Shown here piece after piece: positions 27,370 through 37,562 of a DNA stretch of 58,307 bases. The notes beneath the pieces are model-generated. The model ran no database searches and was not told the DNA's origin. It saw only the letters and a program-made list of their open reading frames with translations. Every line of letters begins with the position of its first letter. Positions within the stretch are counted from its first letter, which is position 1. Source of the DNA: Candidatus Aenigmatarchaeota archaeon (GTDB lineage: Archaea > Aenigmatarchaeota > Aenigmatarchaeia > Aenigmatarchaeales > JAHLMS01); the NCBI GenBank assembly GCA_018920245.1, contig JAHLMS010000002.1:1-58307 (forward strand). The letters run 5' to 3'. Both the position numbers and the translations under genes were made by a program.

Positions 27370-30114
27370 ATGTCCGAATGGAAAAAGCTGGAAAGCAGAT
27401 GGCAGAGCGAATGGGCCAAGGCAAAGCTGTTCGAGGCCGAACCTGACAAACGTAAGAAGTACTATATAGTCTTTGCTTATCCTACTGTCAGCGGCACTTT
27501 GCATGCAGGCCAAATGCGCAGCTATAGCATACCCGACGTCATTGCCAGATATAAAAGAGCGCGAGGCTTCAATGTTTTCTTCCCGCTCGGTTTTCATGCC
27601 ACTGGCATTGATTGCCAACGCATCTTCGAAAAATCTAAGGATGCGGAAGCGATGGCAAGATACGGAATACCGGCTTCCGATGCGAAGAAATTCAAGTCAG
27701 CCGTCGATGTTGCTGAATATCTCCAGAAGCGTATGATAGCCTCATTCAAGCAGCTTGGACTATCGCTGGACTACAGGCCGGCTGTGAGCACCATTCATCC
27801 GCAGTATGGCAAGTTCATCCGATGGCAATTCAGGAAGCTTCGTGAGCTCGGATTATTAACACAAAAGGATTACCGCCTTGCCTGGTGTCCGATAGAGAAT
27901 CATCCTGTGAGCCTCGATCCAGCAGAAGCGGATATTCAAGAATGGAAAGGCGCACAAATTAAGGATTATGTGATAATCAAGTTCAAATGTGGCGATCTCG
28001 TTTTGCCTGCAGCTACAATGAGACCAGAAACAATCTTCGGCGTGACGAATGTGTGGCTCAACCCGAATGCAACATATGTACGCTCAAAGGTCGGAAATGA
28101 GACATGGCTCGTCGCTGAGCCTGCAGTCAAGAAGCTGCAAGACCTTGACAAAAAAGTGCAGGTGCTGGAAAAATTTGACGTCAGAAAAATAATCGGGGAG
28201 TCTGCACGCAACCCGGCGACAGGCAAAGATGTTCCTATCTTGGCTGGAGATTTTGCTGACCCTTCCGAAGCAACAGGCATAGTTATGTCCGTGCCAGCGC
28301 ATGACCCATACGATTTCATCTATCTCAAGACCGTTGCACCAGAGTTGAAACCTATTCAAGTTGTGGAGGTTCCAGGTTATGGTGCTGCTCCGGCCGGCGA
28401 GATAATAGCGAAGAACAAAATAACAGATCCCAAAGACAGCCGTCTGGAAAGTGTGGTCAAAGAACTTTATAAACTCGAATATAATGGCCGCATGCACGCG
28501 AACGCAAAACAATTCAAAGGAATGGCTGTGCCGAAGGCGAAGGTAGCAATAACACAGTGGCTCACGAAGCTGGGGTCGGCTGACATGATTTATGAGCTTT
28601 CTATCAAACCTGTGCATTGTAGATGTGGTGCTGAAATAATAATCAAGAAAGTGCCTGGCCAATGGTTCATCGACTATAGCAATGAGGAGTGGAAAGAAAA
28701 GGCTAAGAAGCATGTGCCAAAGATGAACATCTGGCCCAATGAATACAAAAAGGAGCTGCCGTCCATTATCGACTGGCTTGAGGCCCGGCCGTGCGTGCGG
28801 CGCAGGGGCCTAGGCACAGAGTTCCCATTCGAACCTGGTTGGATAATCGAGGCTATATCGGATAGCACAATTTACATGGCGTTCTATATTGTATCGAAAT
28901 ATTTCAACGAGGGCAAATTGAAGATGGATGATTTGACTGACGAGTTCTTCGACTATGTCTTTCTTGGAAAAGGTAAGGCTAGCAACAAACTGTGGAAAGA
29001 TATTCGCAACGAGTTCCTTTACTGGTACCCGCTCGATATAAATGCAATCGGTAAGGAGCACAAATCCGTGCACTTGCCGTTCTTCATCATGAATCATGTG
29101 GCGATATTTCCTGAGAAGCATTGGCCTAGCGGCATATTTGTGAACTGGCACCTTGTAGCCTATGGCAAGAAGATGTCAAAACACTTAGGAAATGTTATAT
29201 TCTGGCATGATGCCATTGAAAAATATGGTGCTGATGCGATAAGGCTGTACCTGACACACGGTTCTAACCAGTGGCACGATTTCGACTGGCGCAACGAGGA
29301 ATGCGAAGGCTACGGCAGGCAACTGATGAACTTTTACAACATGGTGCAGAGGTTGACCAAGATCAAAACAAAAGCGACTGCTGTAAGACCGATAGACCGC
29401 TGGTTGCGCTCTCGGTTGAACCGCCACATAAAGGATGTGACCACCGCGCTAGATATTGCTGAAATACGCAAGGCAGTTGACATAGCATTTTTCAACATCC
29501 TGTCTGACGTGGGCTGGTATTTGAAGAGAACCGATAATCCACGCACCGACTGGCTCGGTGACTGGCTAAGGTTGCTCGCACCTTTCATACCACATGTTGC
29601 AGAGGACCTATGGCATGCAATCGGTAATAAAGATTTCATAATCAATGCAGGCTGGCCAGCGTACGATGGCAAGGCTATAAATCCAACGATAGAAGCAGCT
29701 GAGAACCTTGTCCGAAAGGTGCAGGGCGACATCGATGAGATAAAGAAGATATCCGGTATTTCAAAACCAGCAAAAATATCTTTGATTGTAAGTGCTCCAT
29801 GGAAATACGATGTCTATAACATGGTAATGGGCGGGAAGCCGTTGCACGAAATAATGGAAGATAAGACATTGAAACCTCTCGGCAAGGCTGTTGTCACATA
29901 TGTGCAGAAACTGGAGAAAAGGAAGCCGCTTGATGAACTGTTCCTTGGTGCAGGCAGCGAGCTCGCGGCCCTGCGAGATGCCAAGGATTTCTTTGAGAAA
30001 GTCTTCAGCTGTCCTGTTGAGATATGGGAAGCGGAGAAGGCTGCGAATATTTCTGAACTTGCTAACAAGGCTTCCGCCGCAGAGCCTTGCAAACCAGGTA
30101 TACTACTTGTCTGA
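27370..30114 (+). CDS. leuS: Leucyl-tRNA synthetase (archaeal type)
   Basis: AYP..SG.LHAGQ, GFHATG, ATMRPET, TGIVMSVPAHDPYD, IEAISDSTIYMA, KMSKHLGN, AEPCKPGI. Confidence 0.95.
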   Translation: MSEWKKLESRWQSEWAKAKLFEAEPDKRKKYYIVFAYPTVSGTLHAGQMRSYSIPDVIARYKRARGFNVFFPLGFHATGIDCQRIFEKSKDAEAMARYGIPASDAKKFKSAVDVAEYLQKRMIASFKQLGLSLDYRPAVSTIHPQYGKFIRWQFRKLRELGLLTQKDYRLAWCPIENHPVSLDPAEADIQEWKGAQIKDYVIIKFKCGDLVLPAATMRPETIFGVTNVWLNPNATYVRSKVGNETWLVAEPAVKKLQDLDKKVQVLEKFDVRKIIGESARNPATGKDVPILAGDFADPSEATGIVMSVPAHDPYDFIYLKTVAPELKPIQVVEVPGYGAAPAGEIIAKNKITDPKDSRLESVVKELYKLEYNGRMHANAKQFKGMAVPKAKVAITQWLTKLGSADMIYELSIKPVHCRCGAEIIIKKVPGQWFIDYSNEEWKEKAKKHVPKMNIWPNEYKKELPSIIDWLEARPCVRRRGLGTEFPFEPGWIIEAISDSTIYMAFYIVSKYFNEGKLKMDDLTDEFFDYVFLGKGKASNKLWKDIRNEFLYWYPLDINAIGKEHKSVHLPFFIMNHVAIFPEKHWPSGIFVNWHLVAYGKKMSKHLGNVIFWHDAIEKYGADAIRLYLTHGSNQWHDFDWRNEECEGYGRQLMNFYNMVQRLTKIKTKATAVRPIDRWLRSRLNRHIKDVTTALDIAEIRKAVDIAFFNILSDVGWYLKRTDNPRTDWLGDWLRLLAPFIPHVAEDLWHAIGNKDFIINAGWPAYDGKAINPTIEAAENLVRKVQGDIDEIKKISGISKPAKISLIVSAPWKYDVYNMVMGGKPLHEIMEDKTLKPLGKAVVTYVQKLEKRKPLDELFLGAGSELAALRDAKDFFEKVFSCPVEIWEAEKAANISELANKASAAEPCKPGILLV

Positions 30115-30570
30115 ACTCCACTTGCATCCGATATTGTTTTCAATTGCGCTTTTCTCAGCAGCGGCAATGATATCAGTATATTTCTCACCGTCATTGTGTC
30201 TAGCGATTGCCAAGCCCTCCGATACCAACTGTTCGTTTATTAACCTGTCACCGAGCCATACCCATCGCAGATATCTTTTGTACTTGTCCTTGTCTCGATT
30301 GTCGGCCTCGAGCCGCACCTGTTTGTTAAGTATAAGCTCGCTGAGACGCTCGGCCGCTGCGGTGTAGCACGGCTCACCTTTCTCATCGGCATCTATTCCG
30401 AGCAATCTTATATCGCGTCCACCCTCAACAATTATCGTGTCGCCATCAATTATTTTCGTGACGATGACAATATCATTGGCTTTGCTAATAATCAAAGGAT
30501 GCACGAAGTATGCAAGCAACCATATGATTAATAAAGCAATAACAGCGAACAGAATAGCACGGAATTTCAT
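30103..30570 (-). CDS. Membrane-anchored thermonuclease (SNase-like)
   Basis: IIDGDT, IRLLGIDA.E, DKYKRYLR, NEQLVSEGLA; N-terminal TM. Confidence 0.93.
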   Translation of the reverse strand: MKFRAILFAVIALLIIWLLAYFVHPLIISKANDIVIVTKIIDGDTIIVEGGRDIRLLGIDADEKGEPCYTAAAERLSELILNKQVRLEADNRDKDKYKRYLRWVWLGDRLINEQLVSEGLAIARHNDGEKYTDIIAAAEKSAIENNIGCKWSSDK

Positions 30571-30634
30571 AGCAGTCGTTGAAAGATTCGTAGCTTATAA
30601 TTTTTTAACCACTAAAGGTCGTGAAAGGTGCACA

Positions 30635-31387
30635 TCAACGTACGATTTGCGCTCGAGCCCATGCACGCTCAAAATCTGCAACGCGCTCGCTTGGCGAGTT
30701 GAGCCACATCGTACCCTTGCCTTCTCCATCAATTGTCAGGCCGTGCCGTCCATCAGAAATTATCATGTTCGGCCAGTAACGGCCAAGTCGTATTTCCAGC
30801 CCAGCCCTCTCAAGCTTCTCTAAATGTCTCGCATCGATGTGTGCGGCAACAATACGAACACGCACATTGCGCTCCAGCGCACGCTTGATAGCATCAAGCA
30901 ACACGAAATCTTCAAAAAATTTCTCAGTCGCAATAAAGAGTTCCTCTCTTGCAATATCTATAATAAATGCAGCACGTTCGACAAAGTCTGCATTGTATTG
31001 CTCCCTGACGCACTCCCCAGACCATATGTCCGATATCGGTAAAAAACGCTCATAGGTCTGAGCGAGCCTAGCAAACAATTCTTTCTTACGCAAATAGTCC
31101 CTGCCGACATAACTGAACAATCGAGGGAAAGGATTTGCAGAACGAGACAGCCAGAACACCTTCTGCTTCTCCTTGCTACTCTCAACAACACCCTTCAGCT
31201 GTAAAGAATAAAGGTATTTGTAGGCATTCGTCACGGATATACCTGCCTCCTTGGCGATTGTAGCTGCATCGGCTTTCGGCTTCTTGCGCTGTGTGAGTGT
31301 CAGGAGCGCGCGCACGATCTTTATCTCAAGCTCGTCAAAGCTGTCGGTCTCGCGGAGCATGTTACAGAACTCATCAAGGCCGGGCAT
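30635..31387 (-). CDS. TrmB-family transcriptional regulator (wHTH + PLD-like domain)
   Basis: IAKEAGISVTNAYKYLYSLQLKGVV HTH; C-terminal IDIAREELFI..ALERNVRVRI. Confidence 0.8.
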   Translation of the reverse strand: MPGLDEFCNMLRETDSFDELEIKIVRALLTLTQRKKPKADAATIAKEAGISVTNAYKYLYSLQLKGVVESSKEKQKVFWLSRSANPFPRLFSYVGRDYLRKKELFARLAQTYERFLPISDIWSGECVREQYNADFVERAAFIIDIAREELFIATEKFFEDFVLLDAIKRALERNVRVRIVAAHIDARHLEKLERAGLEIRLGRYWPNMIISDGRHGLTIDGEGKGTMWLNSPSERVADFERAWARAQIVR

Positions 31388-31426
31388 ACCAATTGAATGT
31401 CGATGTAGGTATAAATAATTATATTT

Positions 31427-31783
31427 TTACTTATAATCCTCTATGAACTTCAGTTTTTTGTTTGGATTCCCTAAAGGACAAGCATATTCATCAAGTCTCG
31501 GCATGTAGCCATCACACCATCTGTAAAAGCATTCACGTGATCCGCATTCATCTGAAATTCCATAGAAGTTTTTACTTTTGTCACCATTGCCTTCAGCGGA
31601 TTTTGTGACCTTCAAGATACCGTGCTTGCGATACCACAAGCACAACGAGGCCTTGATACTTCTGGGATTATCTAAACCTAAAATATTGCAATACGCTTCT
31701 GTAGTCCTCAGCTCATTTTTATGCTGCTTCATGTATTCTATAATTCTTGATATGTCTTTTTCTCGATTCATAGTATACACCAT
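31427..31783 (-). CDS. Hypothetical protein, AT-rich, Cys-rich C-terminus
   Basis: 118-aa ORF filling the gap; ECGSRECFYRWC..ACP. Confidence 0.55.
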   Translation of the reverse strand: MVYTMNREKDISRIIEYMKQHKNELRTTEAYCNILGLDNPRSIKASLCLWYRKHGILKVTKSAEGNGDKSKNFYGISDECGSRECFYRWCDGYMPRLDEYACPLGNPNKKLKFIEDYK

Positions 31784-31833
31784 ATTTCAAGTTGAGCAGA
31801 AACCTTTTTAAGTTGCTCTACGCAATGTGAGGC

Positions 31834-32451
31834 ATGCAAACAGGAGATTTCATCCGGTTGGCTTATTCAGGAAAGATAAAGGGAACTGATCAGTTATTCG
31901 ACCAAGCCGATTCGGCGCCTGTAATAGTTGGAGCAGGCTATATTTTACCCAGCCTGGATGCAAAGTTGGCTGACATGATGGTTGGCCAGAAAAAGACGGT
32001 AGAGCTGACACCTGAAGAGGCGTTCGGACCGCGAGACCCAAAACTAGTGAGGGTTGTTCCTGAGGCTGAATTCAAAAGGCATGGCACAAAACCTGTACCT
32101 GGTATGCCAATCGAGGCTGACAACATGCGTGGACGTGTGATATCCGTTGCCAGCGGGCGTGTGACTGTAGATTTCAACCATCCACTTGCAGGAAAAGTAC
32201 TTACATTTGACCTTGAAATAAAAAAGAAAATAGAACTGCTTGATGAAAAGATCAAAGCGATAGCAGAGTTCTACAGCAGGATGCCTATGGACAAGCTGAA
32301 CGTACATGTGAAAGGCACCGAGGTTGAGCTCGAAATACCTCCGACGGTGCATGCGATCTACAAAAAGAAGATTGCAGACGACATAATGAAGTGGCTGGAC
32401 CTGACAAAGGTGAAATTTGTAGAAGTTTTTGAAAAGCCCAAAGAGAAGTAG
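31834..32451 (+). CDS. FKBP-type peptidyl-prolyl isomerase (SlyD-like, long archaeal type)
   Basis: PEEAFG.RDP, VDFNHPLAGKVLTF. Confidence 0.93.
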   Translation: MQTGDFIRLAYSGKIKGTDQLFDQADSAPVIVGAGYILPSLDAKLADMMVGQKKTVELTPEEAFGPRDPKLVRVVPEAEFKRHGTKPVPGMPIEADNMRGRVISVASGRVTVDFNHPLAGKVLTFDLEIKKKIELLDEKIKAIAEFYSRMPMDKLNVHVKGTEVELEIPPTVHAIYKKKIADDIMKWLDLTKVKFVEVFEKPKEK

Positions 32452-32529
32452 CATTATAAATCTGCTTATAATTTTCTGGTTAGTTTTAAATAGCTGTTCA
32501 CATTTAGTTCATTTAATAAGTTCTAATCA

Positions 32530-33630
32530 ATGGAGGTAGGTTCTATGGCAGTAAGGGCGCACGAGGGTGAGGCAGGCTCGAGGACAGCAACCGTGGATGA
32601 GGATCTGAGAAAACTGCTCGAAGCTCGAAAGGCGGAAATAAAGGTCGTTGGTGTTGGTGGTGCTGGAAACAACACTGTCAGCCGCATGATGCAGGTTGGA
32701 ATTGTTGGTGCTGAGATTATCGCAGTCAATACGGACGCGCAGGACCTTCTGTACACGGATGCCGATGTCAAAGTTCTGATTGGAAAGGAATTGACAAGAG
32801 GGCTTGGTGCTGGCGCTGATCCGCACATAGGCATGGAATCCGCGCGCGAAAGCAAGGACGAAATCAAGGATGCGCTCACTGGCGCTGATATGGTTTTCAT
32901 AACATGCGGCCTTGGCGGTGGAACAGGAACAGGTGCGAGCCCTGTTGTAGCAGATATAGCCAAAAAGCTCGGTGCCCTCACTGTTGCCGTTGTTACATTG
33001 CCGTTCACCAGAGAAGGTAAAGCAAGAATGGAGAATGCCAAGTACGGCCTTGAGGAGTTGGAGAACATCGTCGACACGCTGATAGTCGTGCCAAATGATA
33101 AGCTACTCGAAATCGTACCAGATGTCAGCATAATGACGGCGTTCAAACTAAGTGACGAGATACTCGTCAACGCTGTCAAAGGCATAGCCGAGCTCGTAAC
33201 AAAGCCGGGACTTATAAACCTTGATTTTGCTGACATCAAAGCCGTGATGGGCGCTGGTGGACTGGCTATGATAGGCCTCGGCGAATCGGATACCGAGAAT
33301 CGTGCGGTTGAAGCCGTGGAGAAGGCTCTTAATAACCCGCTGCTGGACGTGGACATAGATGGCGCGACTGGTGCGCTGATAAACGTCGCTGGTGGTACAG
33401 ACATGACAATACGAGAATGTCAGGAGATAGTGGAAGCTGTAAGCAGCAAGCTGGCACCTGACGCGAAAATCATCTGGGGAGCACAAATAATCAAAGAGTT
33501 AGGAGATACTGTGCGCGCTATGATGATAATCACTGGCGTCAAGTCCACGCAAATCTACGGACCTCAAAAACCGATGTCCAAGGAGAAGGCAAAAGAGATA
33601 GAGAAGATACTCGGAATAGACTTCGTGTAA
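32530..33630 (+). CDS. ftsZ: Cell division protein FtsZ (FtsZ1-type context)
   Basis: VGVGGAGNN, NTDAQDL, GLGGGTGTG, NLDFAD. Confidence 0.98.
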   Translation: MEVGSMAVRAHEGEAGSRTATVDEDLRKLLEARKAEIKVVGVGGAGNNTVSRMMQVGIVGAEIIAVNTDAQDLLYTDADVKVLIGKELTRGLGAGADPHIGMESARESKDEIKDALTGADMVFITCGLGGGTGTGASPVVADIAKKLGALTVAVVTLPFTREGKARMENAKYGLEELENIVDTLIVVPNDKLLEIVPDVSIMTAFKLSDEILVNAVKGIAELVTKPGLINLDFADIKAVMGAGGLAMIGLGESDTENRAVEAVEKALNNPLLDVDIDGATGALINVAGGTDMTIRECQEIVEAVSSKLAPDAKIIWGAQIIKELGDTVRAMMIITGVKSTQIYGPQKPMSKEKAKEIEKILGIDFV

Positions 33631-33705
33631 AATCTGCACCTCAGCCCGATTGATTATATTTAAATACTCTTAGTTTCAATACAAATCAGTTCTGAGGTTT
33701 TATTC

Positions 33706-34011
33706 ATGAACGATGAGGTATCGCAACCAACAATGCCTCAACAACCTGCGCCAGCTCCACAACCGGCGCCGGTACAGCCGAAAGAGGAGAAGAAGCCAGA
33801 GGCACCAAAAGGCCCTACTATTTTTGAGAAGCTCAAGATGAAGCTACTGGGCTACCGCCGTGTGCTTGAGGTCAGCCACAAGCCTGATGCATGGGAACTC
33901 ATAAGCACAGCCAAGGTCGTCTTGTTAGGCATTACACTCATGGGTGCAATCGGATTCATAATATCGATGATATACATACTTGCCGTACAGGCGGCTGGTG
34001 CAGGTGTTTAA
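33706..34011 (+). CDS. secE: Protein translocase SecE/Sec61-gamma with Pro/Gln-rich N-terminal extension
   Basis: YRRVLEVSHKPD.WE....AKV...G..LMGAIGFII; conserved ftsZ-secE-spt5 order. Confidence 0.88.
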   Translation: MNDEVSQPTMPQQPAPAPQPAPVQPKEEKKPEAPKGPTIFEKLKMKLLGYRRVLEVSHKPDAWELISTAKVVLLGITLMGAIGFIISMIYILAVQAAGAGV

Positions 34012-34473
34012 ATGATATGGACTATCAGAACCACAGTTGGCCGGGAGAACGCCGTCATCGAAACGCTTACCGCGAAGATAAAAAACACAGGGGCCGCTGT
34101 GGCTGCAATACTGCATCCAGCAGAGCTCAAGGGTTACATCTTCATTGAAGGCGATGCAGCTGCGATCGAAACAATAATAGCCGGCGTGCCACATGTGCGC
34201 GGTCTAATAAGAAAGGAGGTCAAGCTCAGCGAACTCGAAAAATTCCTCGAGGTCAAGGTCGCTGAGATAAAAATAAACCGTGGAGATATCATCGAAATTG
34301 TCGGTGGACCTTTCAAGAACGAACGCGGAAAGGTCACGCGTGTCGATACTGCCAAAGGCGAAGTTACCATAGAGCTGATTGAGGCCGCGATACCTATTCC
34401 AATAACTGTTGCAATCGAGATGGTCAAGCTCATTGAGAGCGCAGAGAAAGCGGAGACAAAGCCGACAGGGTGA
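34012..34473 (+). CDS. spt5: Transcription elongation factor Spt5/NusG
   Basis: RTTVGRE, LKGYIFIE, KOW GDIIEIVGGPFKNERGKV. Confidence 0.96.
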   Translation: MIWTIRTTVGRENAVIETLTAKIKNTGAAVAAILHPAELKGYIFIEGDAAAIETIIAGVPHVRGLIRKEVKLSELEKFLEVKVAEIKINRGDIIEIVGGPFKNERGKVTRVDTAKGEVTIELIEAAIPIPITVAIEMVKLIESAEKAETKPTG

Positions 34474-34478
34474 TTGCA

Positions 34479-34997
34479 ATGGGAAAGATATCAGTAAAGA
34501 TTATGGTCGAAGGTGGTAAAGCAATACCTGGGCCGCCGCTCGGTCCTGCGCTGGCAGTACACAAGGTTAACATCGGTCAGGTTGTTGCAGCAATAAACGA
34601 AGCGACCAAGGAATTCAAAGGCATCACCGTGCCTGTGGAGGTTATCGTTGACACCGAAACCAAGGCGTTTGAGATAAAGGTTGGCACGCCTCCGGTTTCT
34701 GCACTGATTAAAAAGGAATTAAAGGTTGAAAAGCTGGCAATAACACCGTGGACAACACCGCCAGCCAAGGAAGGCGAAGCACCGAAGGAACCGTTCAAAG
34801 GCGATCTGCCATTTGAGGCGGCTGTCCGGATTGCGAATGCAAAAATGTCGGCGCTGGGCACGCGGAGCCTGAAGAACGCGGTCAAGCAAGTGATAGGCAG
34901 CTGCATGAGCGTTGGCTGCACCGTCGAAGGCAAGAACCCGAAGGATATCCTCAAAGAGATAAATGCTGGTAAATGGGATGCTAAAATAAAAGGTTAA
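34479..34997 (+). CDS. rpl11: 50S ribosomal protein uL11
   Basis: VEGGKA.PGPPLGPAL, VGTPPVSALIKKE, GSCMSVG..VEGK.P. Confidence 0.96.
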   Translation: MGKISVKIMVEGGKAIPGPPLGPALAVHKVNIGQVVAAINEATKEFKGITVPVEVIVDTETKAFEIKVGTPPVSALIKKELKVEKLAITPWTTPPAKEGEAPKEPFKGDLPFEAAVRIANAKMSALGTRSLKNAVKQVIGSCMSVGCTVEGKNPKDILKEINAGKWDAKIKG

Positions 34998-35021
34998 ATC
35001 CTTTCCTGACCAACTTCTGGC

Positions 35022-35540
35022 ATGAGCTTAAGAGCTGTCTTTTGGGCGCTGGCAGCATTAAATATAATCTTCATTACGCTTGCTGTATTAGGATATCCTG
35101 TCATAACTGTTGTAGTTGTACTGCTCCTGATTGACATAATGATACTCGAAACTAACAGACGCTCAGAAGGCCAGCAACTGGTGAACGAGGTAAAGAATAG
35201 CCTCTCATCGATGAGCGAAAAGATTGAAAACATCCTGTCAAAAATCTCTCCATCAGAAAACCCTGGCATGCAGACAGCAATCGAACAGAGGCTCCGTCAG
35301 CATGAGGCAACCATCAGCAGTCAACTGGACGTGTTACGCAATTTCATCCGCGCAGACATAAAGGACGCGCTAGACAGAATGGCAACCAAAATGATAGATA
35401 TAGAGAACGCTCTAAACCGTACAAAGAAGACATTGGGTGCGACTGTTGCAATGTTCGATGAGCGTGTTGGTCAACTAGAAAATATAAATCCTGGAAGCAA
35501 TGATGAATATATTGAGATTGAACCGACAGACGAATTGTGA
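35022..35540 (+). CDS. Membrane-anchored coiled-coil hypothetical protein
   Basis: Two N-terminal TM helices followed by heptad repeats. Confidence 0.7.
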   Translation: MSLRAVFWALAALNIIFITLAVLGYPVITVVVVLLLIDIMILETNRRSEGQQLVNEVKNSLSSMSEKIENILSKISPSENPGMQTAIEQRLRQHEATISSQLDVLRNFIRADIKDALDRMATKMIDIENALNRTKKTLGATVAMFDERVGQLENINPGSNDEYIEIEPTDEL

Positions 35541-35650
35541 TTCATTTTTTCACAAAATCCAACTGTTACAGAACTGCCATTACAGCAAACTTTAAATAGA
35601 CTCCTGTTGAATTAAAACCACCGCTTAGGCGGTAGCATGGTGCGATAGCT

Positions 35651-36295
35651 ATGGTTGAGGATAAAATCATTGAAAGTATCAAGAAGGCTAGGGAGGCCGC
35701 TCCAAAGAGGAATTTCAAGCAGACGTTCGACCTGGCTGTAAATCTGAAAAACATAGACCTCAAGAAGCCTGAAAACAAGGTGAAGACCGAAGTGCTGCTG
35801 CCTTCAGGCACAGGCAAGATTCATAAGATCGGCATCATTGCTGACAATCTCATACCGAAGGCCCAGAAACTTGACAATATCATACTTATACACAAGGACG
35901 AACTGGAAAGACTTGGAAGAAATAAGCGGGAAGCGAAAAGAATCGCCAGCGAATGTGTAGCCTTCATTGCCGAGGCTCCGCTCATGCCTGCAATAGGAAA
36001 GGCGCTCGGGCCTGTGCTGGCTCCGCGCGGGCTCATGCCCAAACCAGTACCACCAACATTGCCTGATCTCAAGCCGCTCGTGGACAGGGCAGCTTCTACT
36101 GTACGCCTTGCACTCAAGGATAGTCCCGTGTTCCACTGTGCTGTTGGCAATGAGGATATGAGTGATGAAAATATCGCGGAGAATGTCTCAGCCGTGCTCA
36201 AGGCCATTGAGGCTGTATTACCGAAAGGCAAGGAGCAGATACGAAATGCTGTTATCAAGCTCACTATGGGAAAGCCTGTAAAATTTGAGATGTGA
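35651..36295 (+). CDS. rpl1: 50S ribosomal protein uL1
   Basis: KRNFKQTFDLAVNLK.ID, LGPVLAPRG.MPKP, KLTMG. Confidence 0.96.
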   Translation: MVEDKIIESIKKAREAAPKRNFKQTFDLAVNLKNIDLKKPENKVKTEVLLPSGTGKIHKIGIIADNLIPKAQKLDNIILIHKDELERLGRNKREAKRIASECVAFIAEAPLMPAIGKALGPVLAPRGLMPKPVPPTLPDLKPLVDRAASTVRLALKDSPVFHCAVGNEDMSDENIAENVSAVLKAIEAVLPKGKEQIRNAVIKLTMGKPVKFEM

Positions 36296-36299
36296 TTTT

Positions 36300-37178
36300 A
36301 TGGTAGGACGAGCAAAACGAATGGAGCGAGTGGCAAAAAAAGGCAAACGTGAACCAAAGCCTGCAAAGCTTAATGCGGTAGACGCGCTCGCAAGGGAACT
36401 CCAAACCGTGCCAGTCATAGGTGTTCTGAATATGTTCAAGCTACCTACTGTAGCCCTGCAAAAAATAAAGCGTGAGCTGGCAGGCAAAGCAACAATAAAG
36501 TTCGCAAAGAAGAGCACCCTGACATTTGCTCTCCAGAAGGCCAAGAAAGAAGAGCTCTTGCAATACTTCCCGCAACACCCCGCCCTGATTTTGACCGACA
36601 TGAATCCGTTCAAGCTTTACAAGTTTTTACAAGCCAACAAGTCGCCGAGAGCAGCTAAGGCTGGCGAGATTGCTCCAAAAGACATAGAAGTCAAGGCAGG
36701 ACCGACAGACCTTATGCCTGGTCCTGCGATAAGCACGCTCACCAAGGTCGGCATACCCGCGAAGGTTGAGGGTGGAAAAATAGCTGTGATGAAAGACAAG
36801 GTTATATGCAAGGCTGGCGAGACGATATCACCTGACATGGTCGCGGCCTTCCAGCTGCTCAAGATGCAACCCATGGAGATAGGTTTGGACCTTGTCTCGG
36901 TGGCTGAGGGGGGTTTGATTTACACACGCGATGTACTGGCCGTCGATGAGGCCAAACTGATGGCGGACATCGCATTGGCAGCAAGTCATGCCATTAACCT
37001 TTCTGTGAACATCGGCTGGCCGACAAAGCAGACAATGCCGTTGATGATTATCAAAGCGTTCAAGAACGCTAAAGCAGTAGGCGTAGAGGCGAAGGTGCTC
37101 GAAAAGGGAATAATAGACGACCTGCTCGCGAAAGCGAAACTGCAGGCCGAATTGCTTAACGCTCAAATAAAAATTTGA
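36300..37178 (+). CDS. rpl10: 50S ribosomal protein uL10 (P0)
   Basis: [22 protein letters not shown]...[14 protein letters not shown]. Confidence 0.95.
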   Translation: MVGRAKRMERVAKKGKREPKPAKLNAVDALARELQTVPVIGVLNMFKLPTVALQKIKRELAGKATIKFAKKSTLTFALQKAKKEELLQYFPQHPALILTDMNPFKLYKFLQANKSPRAAKAGEIAPKDIEVKAGPTDLMPGPAISTLTKVGIPAKVEGGKIAVMKDKVICKAGETISPDMVAAFQLLKMQPMEIGLDLVSVAEGGLIYTRDVLAVDEAKLMADIALAASHAINLSVNIGWPTKQTMPLMIIKAFKNAKAVGVEAKVLEKGIIDDLLAKAKLQAELLNAQIKI

Positions 37179-37192
37179 CGGGGGTGAAAAAA

Positions 37193-37492
37193 GTGGAGAT
37201 GATATATACTGCGCTGTTGCTGCATGCAACAAAACAGCCGATAAATGAAGAGAATGTAAGCAAGGTACTTGCAGCAGCTGGAGCCCAAGCTGACCCGGCG
37301 AAGATAAAGGCGCTCGTGTCAAGTCTCGAAGGGCTAAATATAGATGAGACTATAGCGAAGGCCGCGATGCCTGTCGCAGTCGCTGCTGCACCGGCAGCTG
37401 CACCAGCGGAGAAGAAGGAAGAGAAGAAAGAGGAAGAGGTTACCAAGAAGGCAGAGGAAGCAGCCGCTGGTCTTGGAGCTCTGTTCGGCTGA
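37193..37492 (+). CDS. rpl12: Ribosomal stalk protein P1 (aL12)
   Basis: (M)[10 protein letters not shown]..., Ala-rich hinge, [15 protein letters not shown] start after a GGGGTGA SD. Confidence 0.95.
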   Translation: MEMIYTALLLHATKQPINEENVSKVLAAAGAQADPAKIKALVSSLEGLNIDETIAKAAMPVAVAAAPAAAPAEKKEEKKEEEVTKKAEEAAAGLGALFG

Positions 37493-37562
37493 GAATTTTT
37501 ATTTTCGATGATGCCGAGACTCTGAAAAGTATTTATTATATCAAGCGCTCCAATATTGGGAT

